This document shows positions 41,821 to 64,000 of a stretch of DNA of 64,000 nt, piece by piece (positions within the stretch are counted from its first letter, which is position 1; every line of letters begins with the position of its first letter). The notes below the pieces were generated by a model, which was not told the DNA's origin, searched no databases, and saw only the letters and a list, made by a program, of their open reading frames with translations. The position numbers were made by a program, and so were the translations under genes. Source of the DNA: the human T2T-CHM13v2.0 reference genome, Homo sapiens; the NCBI RefSeq assembly GCF_009914755.1, contig NC_060926.1; one strand, written 5' to 3'.

Positions 41821-42811
41821 GGACTTTTTAAGAGGTTACAAAGCCATGAGCATTGATGAAATATGTGATTTGAAACATTTTGGTAAAATCAACAGAATTT
41901 AATGTGAAGACAAGAAACAAAGAAAATGTGCCTTGATATCAGAGCAGTGGGAGAAAAAATTGATTGTAGGAGATAATAGTTAATTCTAGATATCACATTA
42001 TGTGACTTAAAAATAAGTCAGAAATATGGCATAAAACGCAAACAAAGGAAACTTGCAACCAATACCTCTTTTGACACACAGTGATTGGGAAATCCTCCAA
42101 GAATTGCTGTGGCAGTGGCAGGAAGCCCTTGCAGCGAGACCTCTGATATTTAAATGTAGCTCTGAGCTGCTTCAAATCAATCTATCAGAAATGTTAAACC
42201 TCTTTTGAAATATATTTATGGTTGGATACCCCTCAATTGAGAAAGGGGAAATAGGAAGTTCCTGCATACATACTTATTTTGCTTACATGTGCTTCATTTG
42301 TACAAGGTGATAGAAAAGAGCAGCCATAAATGCTACTGTTTGTCAGGGTGGATAACTAGCCAGCCCCGAGTCTTTCCTTCCTTTTACCCATTACTTTCAT
42401 ATGTTTTGCAGAAAGGTCCCTAATGCAATATATCTGCCTTCTGGAAGGCTAAGCTCGGTTACTTTCCCATGTTGTTAAATAATTAGATAGTTGGCAGTGT
42501 TGCGTCCAAATTTTGAAAGCCTCCTGCTCCAACTTTCTGTGTTAGGGTTTGAAATAGGGGCAAGATGCAGGGCACTGGGCACTGATTCATGTGTTTAAGG
42601 TGTAGGGTTATTGATGTCTTTGGATTAGATGTGATGACTCCTTTGCGAATGGGGAAAGATGACAATGACAAGGAACCCAGGAGGAAGTCTGCAGTGAAGA
42701 GGAAAGCACGTGAGCCTTTCAAGCCAGAACTCCTGCAGGCTGACGGCAAAATCTACATTGAATTCTTGTACTTACAGTAAGTGCAAGAGTCAGGTCTCAG
42801 CTGAGTGAAGT

Positions 42812-43416
42812 AATCAGCCCCCTAGGCAGTGTCATCAGAGAGGGACAGAAAAGCTGTTCAACCCATCACTATGGTGACCCTTCTAGCCTATCACAGTATG
42901 TGTCTAAGCACCCATGTGGATTCCAAAATACTCTCACACTCCAATTCCTTTCCCTTCTAAAATTTGCATAATGAATGTTACTAAAAATTTGAGGGAAAGA
43001 GTTGAAACATCAGGTATTAAACACATCAGTTTAGTTACATATATTTTCCTAATGTGGTGCATTCTTGTGTTAATCGTATAACTAGGTCATAAAATATGGA
43101 CCCAATTAGTTGGAATATGGGGAAGAGCAAACCCTGGATGACAGGGAGACAGCAGGAGAATCCTAACCCAGGGAATAGAGGGCTCCTGGGAGAGATGCCT
43201 GTAGGATGAGTCAGGGGGCAACAGGTGCTGGGAGAGTGGGATGGAAAAAGGTCTCTGTTGATGACACCTGCTGAGGGGAATGGTTGCCCTTTTCACATGT
43301 TTTCTCAATGGCTGGTCTAATGATGATTAATATAACTACTAAGAGTAACACTGGCTCTTGTTTATTAAGCCCTGATATGTTTAGGTGCTTGAAAGCATTA
43401 ACATGTTTAACCTTTA
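42812..43416 (-). repeat. Right arm of a long inverted duplication
   Basis: As for the left arm; ORF track shows paralogous MRKHVKRA...FALPHIPTNW.HIL on opposite strands. Confidence 0.92.
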
Positions 43417-43558
43417 CAACAGTCCTATAAAGGGGAAATAATTATAATTACTAATTTGTGGAGGAGGAAGCTGAAGCTGAGCTAAAATAAGTAAATTGCC
43501 CTTAGATTGCTGAGTTTTGAACCACACTCCATCAAATTTCAAAGCCTGCGTTCTTAAT
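43345..43558 (-). mobile_element. MIR SINE overlapping the outer end of the right arm
   Basis: tttattaagccct...ctttacaacagtcctata...gaggaagctgaagctgag...aagtaaattgccc. Confidence 0.6.
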
Positions 43559-43727
43559 CAGTAGTTCCTAAAGCGTAGTCCCAGACCAGCAGCATCAGTA
43601 TTAGGTAGAAGCTAGTTAAAAATGCAAATTTCTGAACCCATTCTAGATTTTTTCAATCAGAAAATTTGGGACTGGGACCCGCATTCTATGTCTTAACAAG
43701 GCCTCCAGAAATTCTGTTGCTCAAAGA
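43559..43727 (+). mobile_element. MER5A (hAT-Charlie)
   Basis: cagtagttcctaaagcgtagtcccagaccagcagcatcag...aaatgcaaatt...ttaacaaggcctccag. Confidence 0.75.
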
Positions 43728-44603
43728 TCAAGGAATATATACTTCTTTTTAGGTGCTAATATTAAGAAATTCATTCTAAAAATCCTTCCTAAGGAAGGAT
43801 AAGTGGGTCGGTGTGGGGGGGGGGGGGCAGTAAAAGCTGAAATAATTGTCATCCAATGACTACCTGTGAGAATGTTCTACTAAGATAAGAAGAAAGATAA
43901 GGCTGGAAAGGAAGGGTCAGACCCCAAAATGCCCAGGAGTCAAAGCAAAGCCACCTGGGTTGGAGAAGATCTATGAATGCTAAATCTCAGTAGGGGCAAA
44001 GGCAAGTCCTTCAGGGCCTAGAAGTGGAAATAGGTGGGAGATACCAGGGAGATAGTATTCAGGTTAAGCTGCCAAGAAGGGCTATTCTTAAGGCTCATGG
44101 CATTTTTTAATAACAAAGTCATGAGCATTGAGAGCTAAATTCAACCAATTTTTAAAGGCAGCAAAAGTCACTCAAGAAGGCACAATAATGAAAGGAAAGG
44201 CAATGTGAGATGAATAATGGTTGCTAATTCCTTTTTCATTCATCAGAGTCTTTACTGATGTATTATAAAGAAGTGCTTGTTTCAAGTAACATATTCTTTC
44301 TGGATATGAGTCATGGCAACTATTAATAAAATTTTATGTCGTGATTTTATTTAAAAATTTTCATTTTTAAATAATTCTATCGAGATATAATTAAATGAAC
44401 TGTACATTTTTAAAATATTTCCTGTTCTGACATGTATACCTGTGAAACTATTGTCATAATCAAGATAATACACATATTCATCACTCCTAAAACTTCCTTC
44501 AAGTTCCTTTATAGTTCTTCCCTCCAGTCCTTCTCTGCCCCATCCCATTCCAGGCAATCTCTGTTCTGCTTTCAGTCCTTGTACATCAATTTGCATTTCC
44601 TAG

Positions 44604-44872
<269 letters not shown>

Positions 44873-46139
44873 CTACTCTTTTTCATCTAGCTTTCTTCAT
44901 TCAGCATAATTATTTTGAGATTCATACATGCTGTGGCATGTATCAATGGTTCATTCCTTTTTAACTACTTGATCACATAGCTACACCACAGTATAATTTA
45001 TCTGTTCACTTGTTGATGGACATTTAGGTTGTTTCTAATTTTTGATTATTACAAATAAAGCTGCTAGAACTAAACAGAAGCCTTCGTATGGATACTTTCT
45101 TTTTTGAATATGCCTAGGAGTGGAATCCTAGATCATATGGTAGATGTATACGTAACTTTTTTTTAATGCCAAAGTGCCTCAAAATGGCTGTACCATTTCA
45201 AATTCCCATAAAAAATGGGACTGCCAGTTTCTCCACCTCCTCACCAATGCTTGGAATTACCAGTCTTGTTTAATTTTAGCTTTTCTAGTAAACATGTATT
45301 GTTCTGTCATCGTGGTGTTAAGTTGCATTTTCCTAATGACTAGTGAGGATTAGTCTCTTTTCATATGATATGTTTCCACCTGTGTATCTTCTTTGGTGAA
45401 ATGTCTGTTCAAATCATTTGCTCATTTTTTTATTAGCTTGTTCTTCAGTTTGAAGAATTCTTTATATATTCTGTAGACAAGTCCTTTATGAGACATATGC
45501 TTTGCAACTATTTCCCATCAGTCTATGGCATGTCTTTTCATCCCTTTCACAATGTCTTTGGGAGAGCGGTTTTTAATTATAATAAAGTATAATTTATCAC
45601 TATTTTATGAATTGTGCTTTTGGTTGTAACCAAGAAATCTTGACCTAACTCTTGGTCAAAAAAATATTTTTCCTTTGTTTTCTCCTATTAATAGAAGTAT
45701 TTTAGTTTCAGGTTTTCATTTATGTCCATGATTCATTTTGAGTTAATTTGTGAATATGATGCAAGAAACTGATTGAAGGGTTTTTTTTTAAATATGAATA
45801 TCCAGTTGTTTTAGCACCATTTGCCAAGACAACTATTCCTTCTCCACTGAATTGCATTTGTGTCATTGTTAAAAATCAGCTGTCTATGCTTATATACAAA
45901 TGCAATAATTTCTGAACCCTGTATTCTGTTTTACCAAAGTTGTTTAGCTGTTCTAGGTTCTTTGATTTTCTATCTGAAGTTTAGAATCAGTTTATCAGTT
46001 TATATCTCCCCTCATAAAAGTATATTGGAATTTTAATTGGTATTTCATTGACTCTATACACCCATTTGAGGAAAATTAGCATCTTAACAATACTGAGCCT
46101 TCCAATTCATGAATATGGTATGTCTCTCCATTTATTTAG

Positions 46140-46547
<408 letters not shown>

Positions 46548-47106
46548 TAGTATGGATTTTTAAAGATTTTCTGACTATTTGATACTAGTATATAGAAATA
46601 GAATTGATATTTATATATTGCTCTTGGGTTCTGAAACGTTGTTAAACTCAACTATTGGATCTAGTAGCTTTTTATGTGTGAGTATGTAGATTCAGTTGAA
46701 TTTTCCACATAGACAATCATGTTGTCTGTGAATAAAGACAGTTCTATTACTTCCTTACCAATTTGGATGCATTTTAGTTTTTTATCTTATTGTGCTTTTT
46801 AGAACATCCCATACAACGTTGAATAGAGATGGTAAAAACTGTACATTCTTACGTTGTTCTGATCTTGTAGGATAATCATTCAGTCTTTCCTAAGTATAAT
46901 TTTATTAACAGGTTTTTCATAGATGCTTGTTATCAGTTTGAAAAAGTCCCCTTCTAGTAGTACTTTAGTAAGATTTTGTGTGGGTTTTTTTTTTTACTCA
47001 GGAATTGATGTTGGATTTTCTTAAAGGATTTTTGTGTGTCTCTTGAGATAATCATGTGGGGTTTATGTTAGTTTACTAGTATACTGAATTACATTGATTG
47101 ATTTTC

Positions 47107-47410
47107 TTTTTTTTTTTTTTTTTTTTTTTTGAGATGGAGTCTCACTCTGTTGCCTAGGCTGGAGTGCAGTAGTGCAATCTTGGCTTACTGCAAGCTCTGC
47201 CTCCCAGGTTCATGCCATTCTCCTGCCTCAGCCTCCGAGTAGCTGGGACTACAGGCGCCTGCCACCACGCCCGGCTAATTTTTTATATTTTTAGTAGAGA
47301 TGGAGTTTCACCGTGTTAGCCAGGATGGTCTTGATTTCCTGACCTTATGATCTGCCTGCCTCATCCTCCCAAAGTGCTGGGATTACAGGCTTGAGCCACC
47401 GTACCCGGGC
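47107..47410 (-). mobile_element. AluY (CpG-decayed)
   Basis: gcaagctc, gccattctc and accgtgttagccaggatgg diagnostics; T24 tail. Confidence 0.9.
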
Positions 47411-47920
47411 TAAGTCAACTTTGCATTCCTGAGATAAACTGCACTTGTTCAAAGGTACTGTCCTTTTTATATAAGATCGATTTTAATTTGCAAAAAATTT
47501 TTTAAAAATTGGTCATCTAAGCTTATGAGGCATATTATAGTTTTCTTTTCTGTTGATGCATTTATCATGTTTGGGTATCAAGATATTGCTGTCAGCATAG
47601 AATGAATTAGGAACATAGTCTCTCTTATTCAATTTTCTGGAAGAGTTTGTATAGAATTAGTATACATATATATGTTAAATGTTTGATAGAATTCACCAAT
47701 GACCTATGACACTATCTGAATTTCAGTTTCCTTTGTAAAAAAGACTTTTAAAATAAATTTATTTTATATTTATAACCATGAGTTAGCTTTGGAAGTTTGT
47801 ATCTTTAAAGAATTATACCATTTTATCTAAGCTGCTGGATTTATGGTCATAAAGTTGTTAATAATATTCCCTTAGTAAACTTTTAATATTTTGATTCTAT
47901 GTAATTTCAGCTTTCTCATT

Positions 47921-55056
<7,136 letters not shown>

Positions 55057-56279
55057 TCTCATTCTTGATGTTGATGATTTTTCTCATGTATATTTCTTTC
55101 CTTAGTCTGACTAGAAATTTATCAGTTTTATTTTCTCAAAGAACCAAAGTAAAATGGCTTCCGGTTTACTGATGTCTGTATTTTTTTTAACCTACTTTGG
55201 GTTTAATTTCCTCTTCTTTTTGCAGTTTCTTAAGGTAGGATATAGAGTAATCAACCTGAGACTTTTCTTGTTTTCTAATACCGTAAGCTTTTCTATAAAT
55301 TTTCTCTAAATTCTGCTTTAGTATCATTCTGCAAATTTTGATAGGTTGACTTTACATATTCATTACACTTAAAACAGTAATTTCTCTTTTAATTTATTCT
55401 TTGAATCATAGGTTATATAGGATGTGTTGATTCGTTTTCAAATACTGAATATTTTGCAGGTGTCTGTTTGTGATTTAATTCCACAAAGACGAAAGAACAT
55501 TTTTTATAACTCAAATTTTTACATGTATTGAAACATGTTTTACGGCCAAGAACATATCTTATCTTGGTGAACGTTTCACATCCTGAAAAGAACATGTATT
55601 CTGCCATTCTCGGATATAGTACTATATAAATGTCAATTAAGTCAAGATGATGAATAGTATTGTTCAAAATTTACATATTCTTATTAATATTCTATCTATT
55701 TTATCAGTTTGAGAGGTGGGTATTGAAATAATGAACTATATTTGAATTTGTCTATTTAACAGTTTTATTAACTTTTGCTTCTAGTACTTTGAAGTTTTTT
55801 TATGATGTACATAGATTTATTATGACTTCTTCACAAATTGAACCATTTATAATCAGGAAATGACATTCTTCATGCCCTTATATTTGCTCAGTAATCTACT
55901 TTGTCCTGATATTACTATAGCCATTCCATCTTTTCCTTGTATCCTCATTCTACTTCTATTTATTTGTATTTCTATAAAGTCCTTTTCTTATAGATGACAT
56001 ATAGTTGGGTCTTTCTTTTTAATCCAATCTAATAATCTCTACTTTATAACTGAGGTATTTAACCCACTTATGTTTAATGTGACTGTTGATACATGGTTTA
56101 AATTTATCAGTTTAATTTTTTCTGTTTCTTCATTCTTTTTCATTTTAAAAAATTAACTGAATATTGTATGATTCTATATTTTTGTTTGTTGGATATTTAA
56201 GCTGTAATTATTTAATTTTTTATTTTAGTAGTTGCTTTGAAGTTTACAGTATACATCTTTAGCTTATCACATTTGACCT

Positions 56280-58732
56280 CCTTGTAAAGGCCTATAATGC
56301 TAAGATTTGCCCTTTTGAGGATACTTTCTAGATCTTGTAGGCATGCTTCATTTTTTATTCTTTTTTCTTTTGTCTCCTGTATGTATTTTCAAATATCTTG
56401 TCTCAAGCTCACTATTTCTTCTGCTTGATAAATTCTGCTGCTGAGAGACTCTGATGCATTCTTCAATATGTCAGTTGAATTTTTCAGCTTCAAAATTTCT
56501 GCTTGGTTTTTAAAAATTATTTCAATCTCTATTAAAATTATCTGTTAGAACTCTGGATTCCTTCTCCGTATTATCTTCAATTTTATCAAGCATCCTGAAA
56601 TCAGCTCTTTTGATTTCTCTGTCTGAACGGTCACATATCTTTATCACTCTGAGATTGGTCACTGGTGCCTTATTTAGTTCATTTGTTGAGGTCATGTTAT
56701 CCTGGCTGGGCTTTATGCTTGTGGATGTTCGTTAATGTATAGGCATTGAAGAGTTGGGTATTTATTGTAGTCTTCATAGTCTGGGCTTGTGTGTACCTGT
56801 CCTCTTTGGGAAGGTTTTCCAACTATTCAAAGGGAATTGTGGTTACTACAGCTGTATTTGCATTAGAGGGTACCCCAAGACCAGTAACACCGAGACTCTT
56901 GTGGACTCATAGAGGTACTGCCTTGGTGGTCTTGGGTAACAACTGGGAGAATTTCCTGGATTACCAGGCAGAGTCTCTTGTTTTCTTTGCTTACTTTCCC
57001 TCAGAGTCTCTCTCTCCATGCTGAGCTCCCTGGAGCTGGAGAAGGTGTGACACAAGCACTCCTGTGGCCACCACCACATAGACAGCACTGGGTCAGATAT
57101 GAAGCCAACACAGACCTAGGTCTCACCCAAGGCCCATGGCAACCACTGCCTGCTTACTGCCAATGTTCACTCAATTACCAAGGGCTCTTCAGTTGGCAGG
57201 TGACTAATTCATCCAGGCTTGTATCTTACACTTCAGGGCAGTGAGCTCACCCCTGGCCCAGAGCAGGTCCCAGAATGTCCAGGAGGCAGGCCCTGGAGTC
57301 AGAAAACTTAGAAATCTACTTGGTGCTATATTTTACTGTGGCTGAGCTGGCACCCAAGCCACATGACAGAGTCCTTTCCACTTTTCCCTCTTCCTTTCTC
57401 ATGCAGGAGTCTCTCTCTGTGGCCACCACTGCCCCAAGCCTGTGACAATTACTGTCTGGCTACTGTCAATGTTCACTCAAGGTCCAAGGGCTTTTTAGTC
57501 AGCGTGTGGTGGATCCTTCCAGGCCTAGGTCTCTCCTTTCAAGGCAATGGGCTCCCCGCTGTCCCAGGACGAATACCAAAAAAGCTGTCCATGAACCAAG
57601 GCCTGGAATCAGGGACCCCAGGAACTTACCTGGGGTCCCACTGGCCAAGATGGTGCCTCAGCTGCCTGACAAAGTCCCCTTTACTCTTCCCTCTCCTTTC
57701 CTCAGGCAGAAGGAGTATCTCCCCATGGTCACCACAGCTGGGAATGCACTCAGTCACATGTGAAGCCAGCATGGTGCTAGGTCTGACCTAAGTCCCACAG
57801 TGAGAATTGCCTGGGTACCACTCATGTTTATTCAAGGCCAAGGGCTCTTTGGTCAGCATATGATGGATTCTGCCAGGACTGGGTCCTTCCCTTCAAGGGA
57901 ACATGTTCCCTTCTGACTCAGGGTGTGTCTAGAAATGTTGACTGGGACCTAGTGCCTGGAATGCTGGCCTCAGGACTCTGCCTGGTGCCCTATTCTACTG
58001 TGGTTAAGCTGTTATCAAGATGCAAGATAAAGTCCTCTTTACTCTCCCTTCTCCTCTAGTTGAAGGAAGGAATAACTCCTGGACCTGTGAGCTGCTCTGT
58101 CTGGGTGATGCAAGCACCTTCTTGGCCACACTGGCCTGTATCTCACTAGGTTCATGCAGCCCAAGTCCACTGGCTCAGAGCCCAGCTCAGCACCAGCACT
58201 TGCCCAGGAATTGAAGTCCTTGTGGCCTAGACTGCCTTTCAAGTTTATTTAGGACCCCTAAGCACTTTAGCGTGTGGTGGTAGGTGTAGCCAGAACTCAG
58301 GTTCCTACTGTCGAGATGGGCAATTCCTCTCTGGTTAGGGTTGTTCTAAATGCTTCCTCTGTGGAATTCAGAAGAATTCCTCATCTGAATTCTTCCCTAT
58401 GTTGCTTTCTGCTGTGACAGGGCACTGAGTTCCAATGCAAAGTTGCACAATCGCTGCACTCTCCCTCCCCCAAGCACACAGATTCTTTCTCTCTGCAATG
58501 AGGTCACTGCCAGAGGATGTGGGAGGGGTGGCATCAAGGATTCAAAGCTGTCTTTCCTACCTTTTCAGTGTCTCTTTCCTTGATATGATGTTAAGACCAG
58601 GTATTGTAATTGTCCACCTGATTTTTCATTCTCATGAAGGTGCTTTTTTGTGTAGATAGTTGTTCATTTTGGTGTTCTTGTTGGGGGAATGACTACTGGA
58701 GGCTTCTATTTGGCCATATTGTTCTACCTCTC
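56280..58732 (-). mobile_element. L1 5' portion (ORF1 start plus long repeated 5' UTR; L1PB/L1MA-like)
   Basis: GC-richer segment with three diverged units (atgttcactcaa...caagggct at ~57160, ~57470, ~57825), ending ttctatttggccatattg. Confidence 0.65.
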
Positions 58733-60380
58733 TCAGTAAACCTTTAGTTTTGAAAGATACTTTCACTAGTGTAAAATTCTGGGTTGACATTTTTTTTTCT
58801 TTTCAGTACTTTGAAGATGTTGCTCCACTTCTCACTTGCATGTTTTTTCTGACAAGATATCTACTGTTATCCTTATCTTTGTTCCTATGAATGTAAAATG
58901 CCCCTCCCTAGCTGCTTCTAATGTTTCTCTATCACTGCTTTTGTGGAATATGTGTCTTGATATAGTTTTCTTAGTGTTCCTTGTGCTTGTATTTCAGTAA
59001 GCTTCTTTGACCTGTGGGTTCATAGTTTCTGTGAAATTTGAAAATTATTCAGGCTTTATTTTTTAAAAAGGTTGTCTACTTGCCTTTGAAAACCCCAATT
59101 ACACATGTACCAGGATGCTTAAAATTGTCCCATGGTTTAATAATATTCTGTTTTCTATGTTTTCCATTTTCTATAGCTTCTACTATTGTTTTCAATCCTA
59201 TTAACCTTCTTTACTGCAATATCTAACCTGTTGATAATCACATCTAGTGTAGTCACACTTTGTAGTTTTCACCTCTAGAAGTTGGATTTGGTTTCTTAAA
59301 TGTCCCCCTGTTTCTACTTAGGTTTTGTGAATATATGAAATGCAGTTAATACTGTTTTAATGTTTTTGTCTGCTTATTCTGATATCTGTGTTAGCTCTAG
59401 ATCTTTTTTATTGATTGCTTTATCTCCTTATTATGAATCACATTTTCATGCTTCATTGCATGACTAGTAATTTCTAATTGAATGTCAGACATTATGAATT
59501 TTACCTTGTTGAGTGCTGGACATGTTTTCTATAAATGTTTTAGAGCTTTGCTGTAGGACAAAGTTACGTGGAAATACTTTCCTCTTTTTATGCCTGGCTT
59601 TTAAGATTTGTTCAGCATTACCAGTACAGCACTTAGTCTAGGGCTATTTCCCACTATTGAGGCAAGAACTTTTAAGTAGTATACCCAATACTCTTTTAAT
59701 CATAAGGCTTTCTAATGTAGCTAGCTGGAACAGTCACTTTTCCCAGTCCTATACCCTGTTGGTTCGTTCCCTAGTGAACAACTTGTTTCCCCACATGTAT
59801 ATGCTGATCAATACTCAGCTGAATACTTGAGGGGAACCATCTCCAGGTCTGTTGAGTTTTCTGAGAAGCTCAATCCTCACTCAAGCTGCCTTGGTCTTTC
59901 TGAAATCTTAGCCCTGTTTCCTCAACTTTTGCAGAAGTCATCTGATTTTCCCTACCCATGACTATGGCCTAGAAACTTGCAAGGCAGAAACAAGGGGCAA
60001 TCATAGGGCTCCATTTATTAGTTACCCATCTCTCAGGAGTCACTGTCCTTCATTGCCTGATATCCAGTGTCTTGAAAATCATTGTTTTATATATATTGAT
60101 TTTTTTATGGTTTCTAGTGCACTGTTACTATACCTTGGCCCCAGCTGGAAGAGCATACTTTACAACTTGTATTTTTTAACAGAGATTTAGCTCCATTCAG
60201 TCTGTCACAACAATACAGCAATGTTGATCAATTCATAGCTAACCAAATTAAAACGTAATATTCATTGTCCCTAAATAACTACTAAATGATGGTCATTCAA
60301 TAACTACTGAGTACCTACTATGTCTTAGCCATATTAGATAATTTACATAAGTTGTTTATATTTTTAATAACATAGTATGA

Positions 60381-60829
<449 letters not shown>

Positions 60830-61834
60830 AGTTTCACCTCTTTTTAATTTTACCTTTTATGTATATGAGGAAAACTAGGGTTAAAAATGTGAAATGCTGT
60901 TCCAAATACCTAGTAAATTATGGATCCAGCTTTCACATCCAGATTTTTCTGATTCCAAAGACATTGTGCTTTCCATAGCAATATGGTTATTAACCCTTTA
61001 ATAAGGGGTTTTCTAATTATGCTTTTCAGCTAAATACAATGAAACATTTCTAATTGACTACCTTAAAAATATTAGCTGATTAGAATTTAAAAGAGATTTT
61101 TCTATAGATCGGCAGGGAAAAATTATATTGCAAGAACAAAAGCAATAAAATGAAAAAAAAAATCAAAGTAATTAACTTTATCACTCAGTTTCATGCCAAA
61201 TGCTGAGAATTAGAACGTATAATGAGAAGAGAATGGGTACCCAGAGATGCAGACAATCAAAGGAAGACTCAGAGGAGATGGATCATTTGACAAGCCACCA
61301 AACACAGCATAGGTTTGCTGACTTAAAACCAAAACTGTTGGACATTTTAAAAGCTAGATTATCCTGATGGCTTACAAACTCCATTTAAGATATGGAATAC
61401 ACAAACTTTGTAAAAATTAACGTTACCAATTTAATCTTCATTAAAGATAGCAAATAATTTTTTGACTTAAATATATTACTAAAATGTATATATTTTTTGA
61501 AAGCCACTTAATCTCAGATCTTGGTTTAAATATTATAAATAAGCACATAAATACTTTCAGTATAAAAATAATCATTTTTAAAACTTCTTTGTTATCAAAA
61601 ATGTCACAAAAATCAAATAATTGTGTCTTATTACTGAATTAAAACAGTGATGAAAAATATACAAAATGCAATAAAGATAAAAGAACGTTCCATACATATT
61701 GTGCCAATAACACTATCAAATAGGAAAGACCAATTATCTCCAATGTAATCCATGCAATTAATGACGATCTTATATAAGAAGTTGGTCTGCTTCAGGTCTA
61801 TACCTCCTCACTAAAAGCTCCTTAAAATATCATG

Positions 61835-62134
<300 letters not shown>

Positions 62135-63143
62135 CTATGTATGAGAAGATTAAAAGAAACTCTGTACAGCATTAAAGATCTCTGTACTGCCTTAGAGATA
62201 GATGGAAGTAAAATATCACCTTGAAAGGCATTAGGACAAAATAATAAATTTTCCAGAACTACTTCCCATTCATTTCATCTATTTAAAGATTCCTGCATTT
62301 AAGTAAAATGTAAACTTTAAGACTATTTTATTCCTGTTGAAGAGCGGACTAAGAAAAAATCTTGGCTGTATGAATGAATACTCGTGATATGATTTTTCTT
62401 TATGGCATGGTTGTAAAGAATGGTGATGGAAATTATTTTCCCTATGTATCAGCATTTTTTAAGCATCCAAGTAACTTAAAGTCAGCTCCATTGGAAAGAG
62501 AAGAAATTTTGATACCTTAAACAGTTCGGAAAAAAAAGCAAAGCAAAAGGCAGAATGGTATTAATATTACATGTAAGTCCTCAGATGAACTATTAGTATA
62601 TGCAAAATATTATCATGCTCATTTAGACACAGGTATGAACCCATTACAGAATAACTGTAGTTCCGAGAGAAAAGCTGGATGCATAAGGTAAAGCTGAAAA
62701 GGATCTTGGAAATCATTTTTGATAAATGCTTTTTTTTTTTGCACTTGAAGAAAAGAAAACCCAAAGATGGAAGGTGAAGATAAATTGCTCAAAGGACTAA
62801 AATAGGAAAAATTAGAACTAGAACACAACTCTCCTCATTCTCGGGGTCCCATGGTTTAAATTAAATGAGTACATATTCTGTGTGATATCCCATAGGTACT
62901 TATAGGTTTGTTTTCATTTAACAGGGATGCTTGTACATTTTGACAAGTATTTTATAGGATTTAATTTGTTTTTACATGCTGCTGGGTGTTGAGTGCCAAC
63001 CAAATGATTCTTAAGGTTATTTTTGATTTTGCAAGTACTTGAACACTTACAAGTAAAAATGTGTGGTTAGAATATTAATGGCAACATTTACTAAAAAAGA
63101 CTGAAGCCTTTGTTTGAAACCTCCTATTGAAACAAATAGGTGA

Positions 63144-63495
<352 letters not shown>

Positions 63496-64000
63496 TCAAA
63501 ATTAGGTTCAAGGTCATACTTTGATCAAATGTATATCCTGATTACAAAGTACCTTTTTTCCCCATGAGTTTAAATTGATTTTTCAAGGGTATTTCAATGA
63601 TTTCTCAGTAATTTTTATTGTCTACAAGAATGTCTCAATAATCTTTCTAGCATGAGGAACATGACACTATCCAGGTTTACCCTGCTCTGAGCTGCATTAC
63701 ATTCCTGGAGTTGGAAGAAGAAAACTTCGAAGCCCAACTCATGCTTCCTGCTAGAGATTGCAGACCCCTTACATTGCATGTCATGCGTCTATAATTATGT
63801 ATAATTTAAATAGAAAATGAAGGCAATTCATAGAAACTCATCAGTGACTAAAGTTGAACGAACAAATCAATCAATGGACCAAGGCAGAATGGATAAAGTA
63901 CAACTGTTTTATGCACTGTAGAATGAGTAGGTTGAATGAGATTAAAAATGTAAAAGGTAAATTTATAAAATAAACATTTTAGGGGTAGCTATGTCAGTTA

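Noticed and set aside
41342-43308. Paralogous 72/73-aa ORFs (MRKHVKRA...) as a gene pair
   Set aside because: Both start at TTG, and their middles differ by frameshifts; they are a by-product of the inverted duplication.
43804-43827. G13 run as a G-quadruplex
   Set aside because: Marginal length for four G3 tracts with loops, and no supporting context.

Overview
AT-rich human (primate) genomic DNA. It contains the last coding exon and 3' end of SPAG16 (WD40 C-terminus, + strand). Only ~550 bp downstream lie the promoter, non-coding exon 1 and coding exons 2 and 3 of VWC2L (Brorin-like, a secreted protein with two vWC domains, + strand). The rest is VWC2L intron 3, filled with Alu, MIR, L2 and DNA-transposon relics and a ~16 kb nested antisense L1 complex. 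Most notable: (1) a ~590 bp non-Alu inverted duplication around a ~1 kb spacer (41231-43416); (2) a 20/21 REST/NRSF RE1 site inside the VWC2L 5' leader, downstream of a TATA/octamer promoter; (3) a ~810 nt leader with 14 upstream ATGs, including a strong-Kozak hydrophobic uORF; (4) a young AluYg6-type insertion with a perfect TSD; (5) competing stop-introducing acceptors at exon 3. I see no new protein-coding system. Gene names and repeat families come from recognition, not database searches, and repeat boundaries are approximate.
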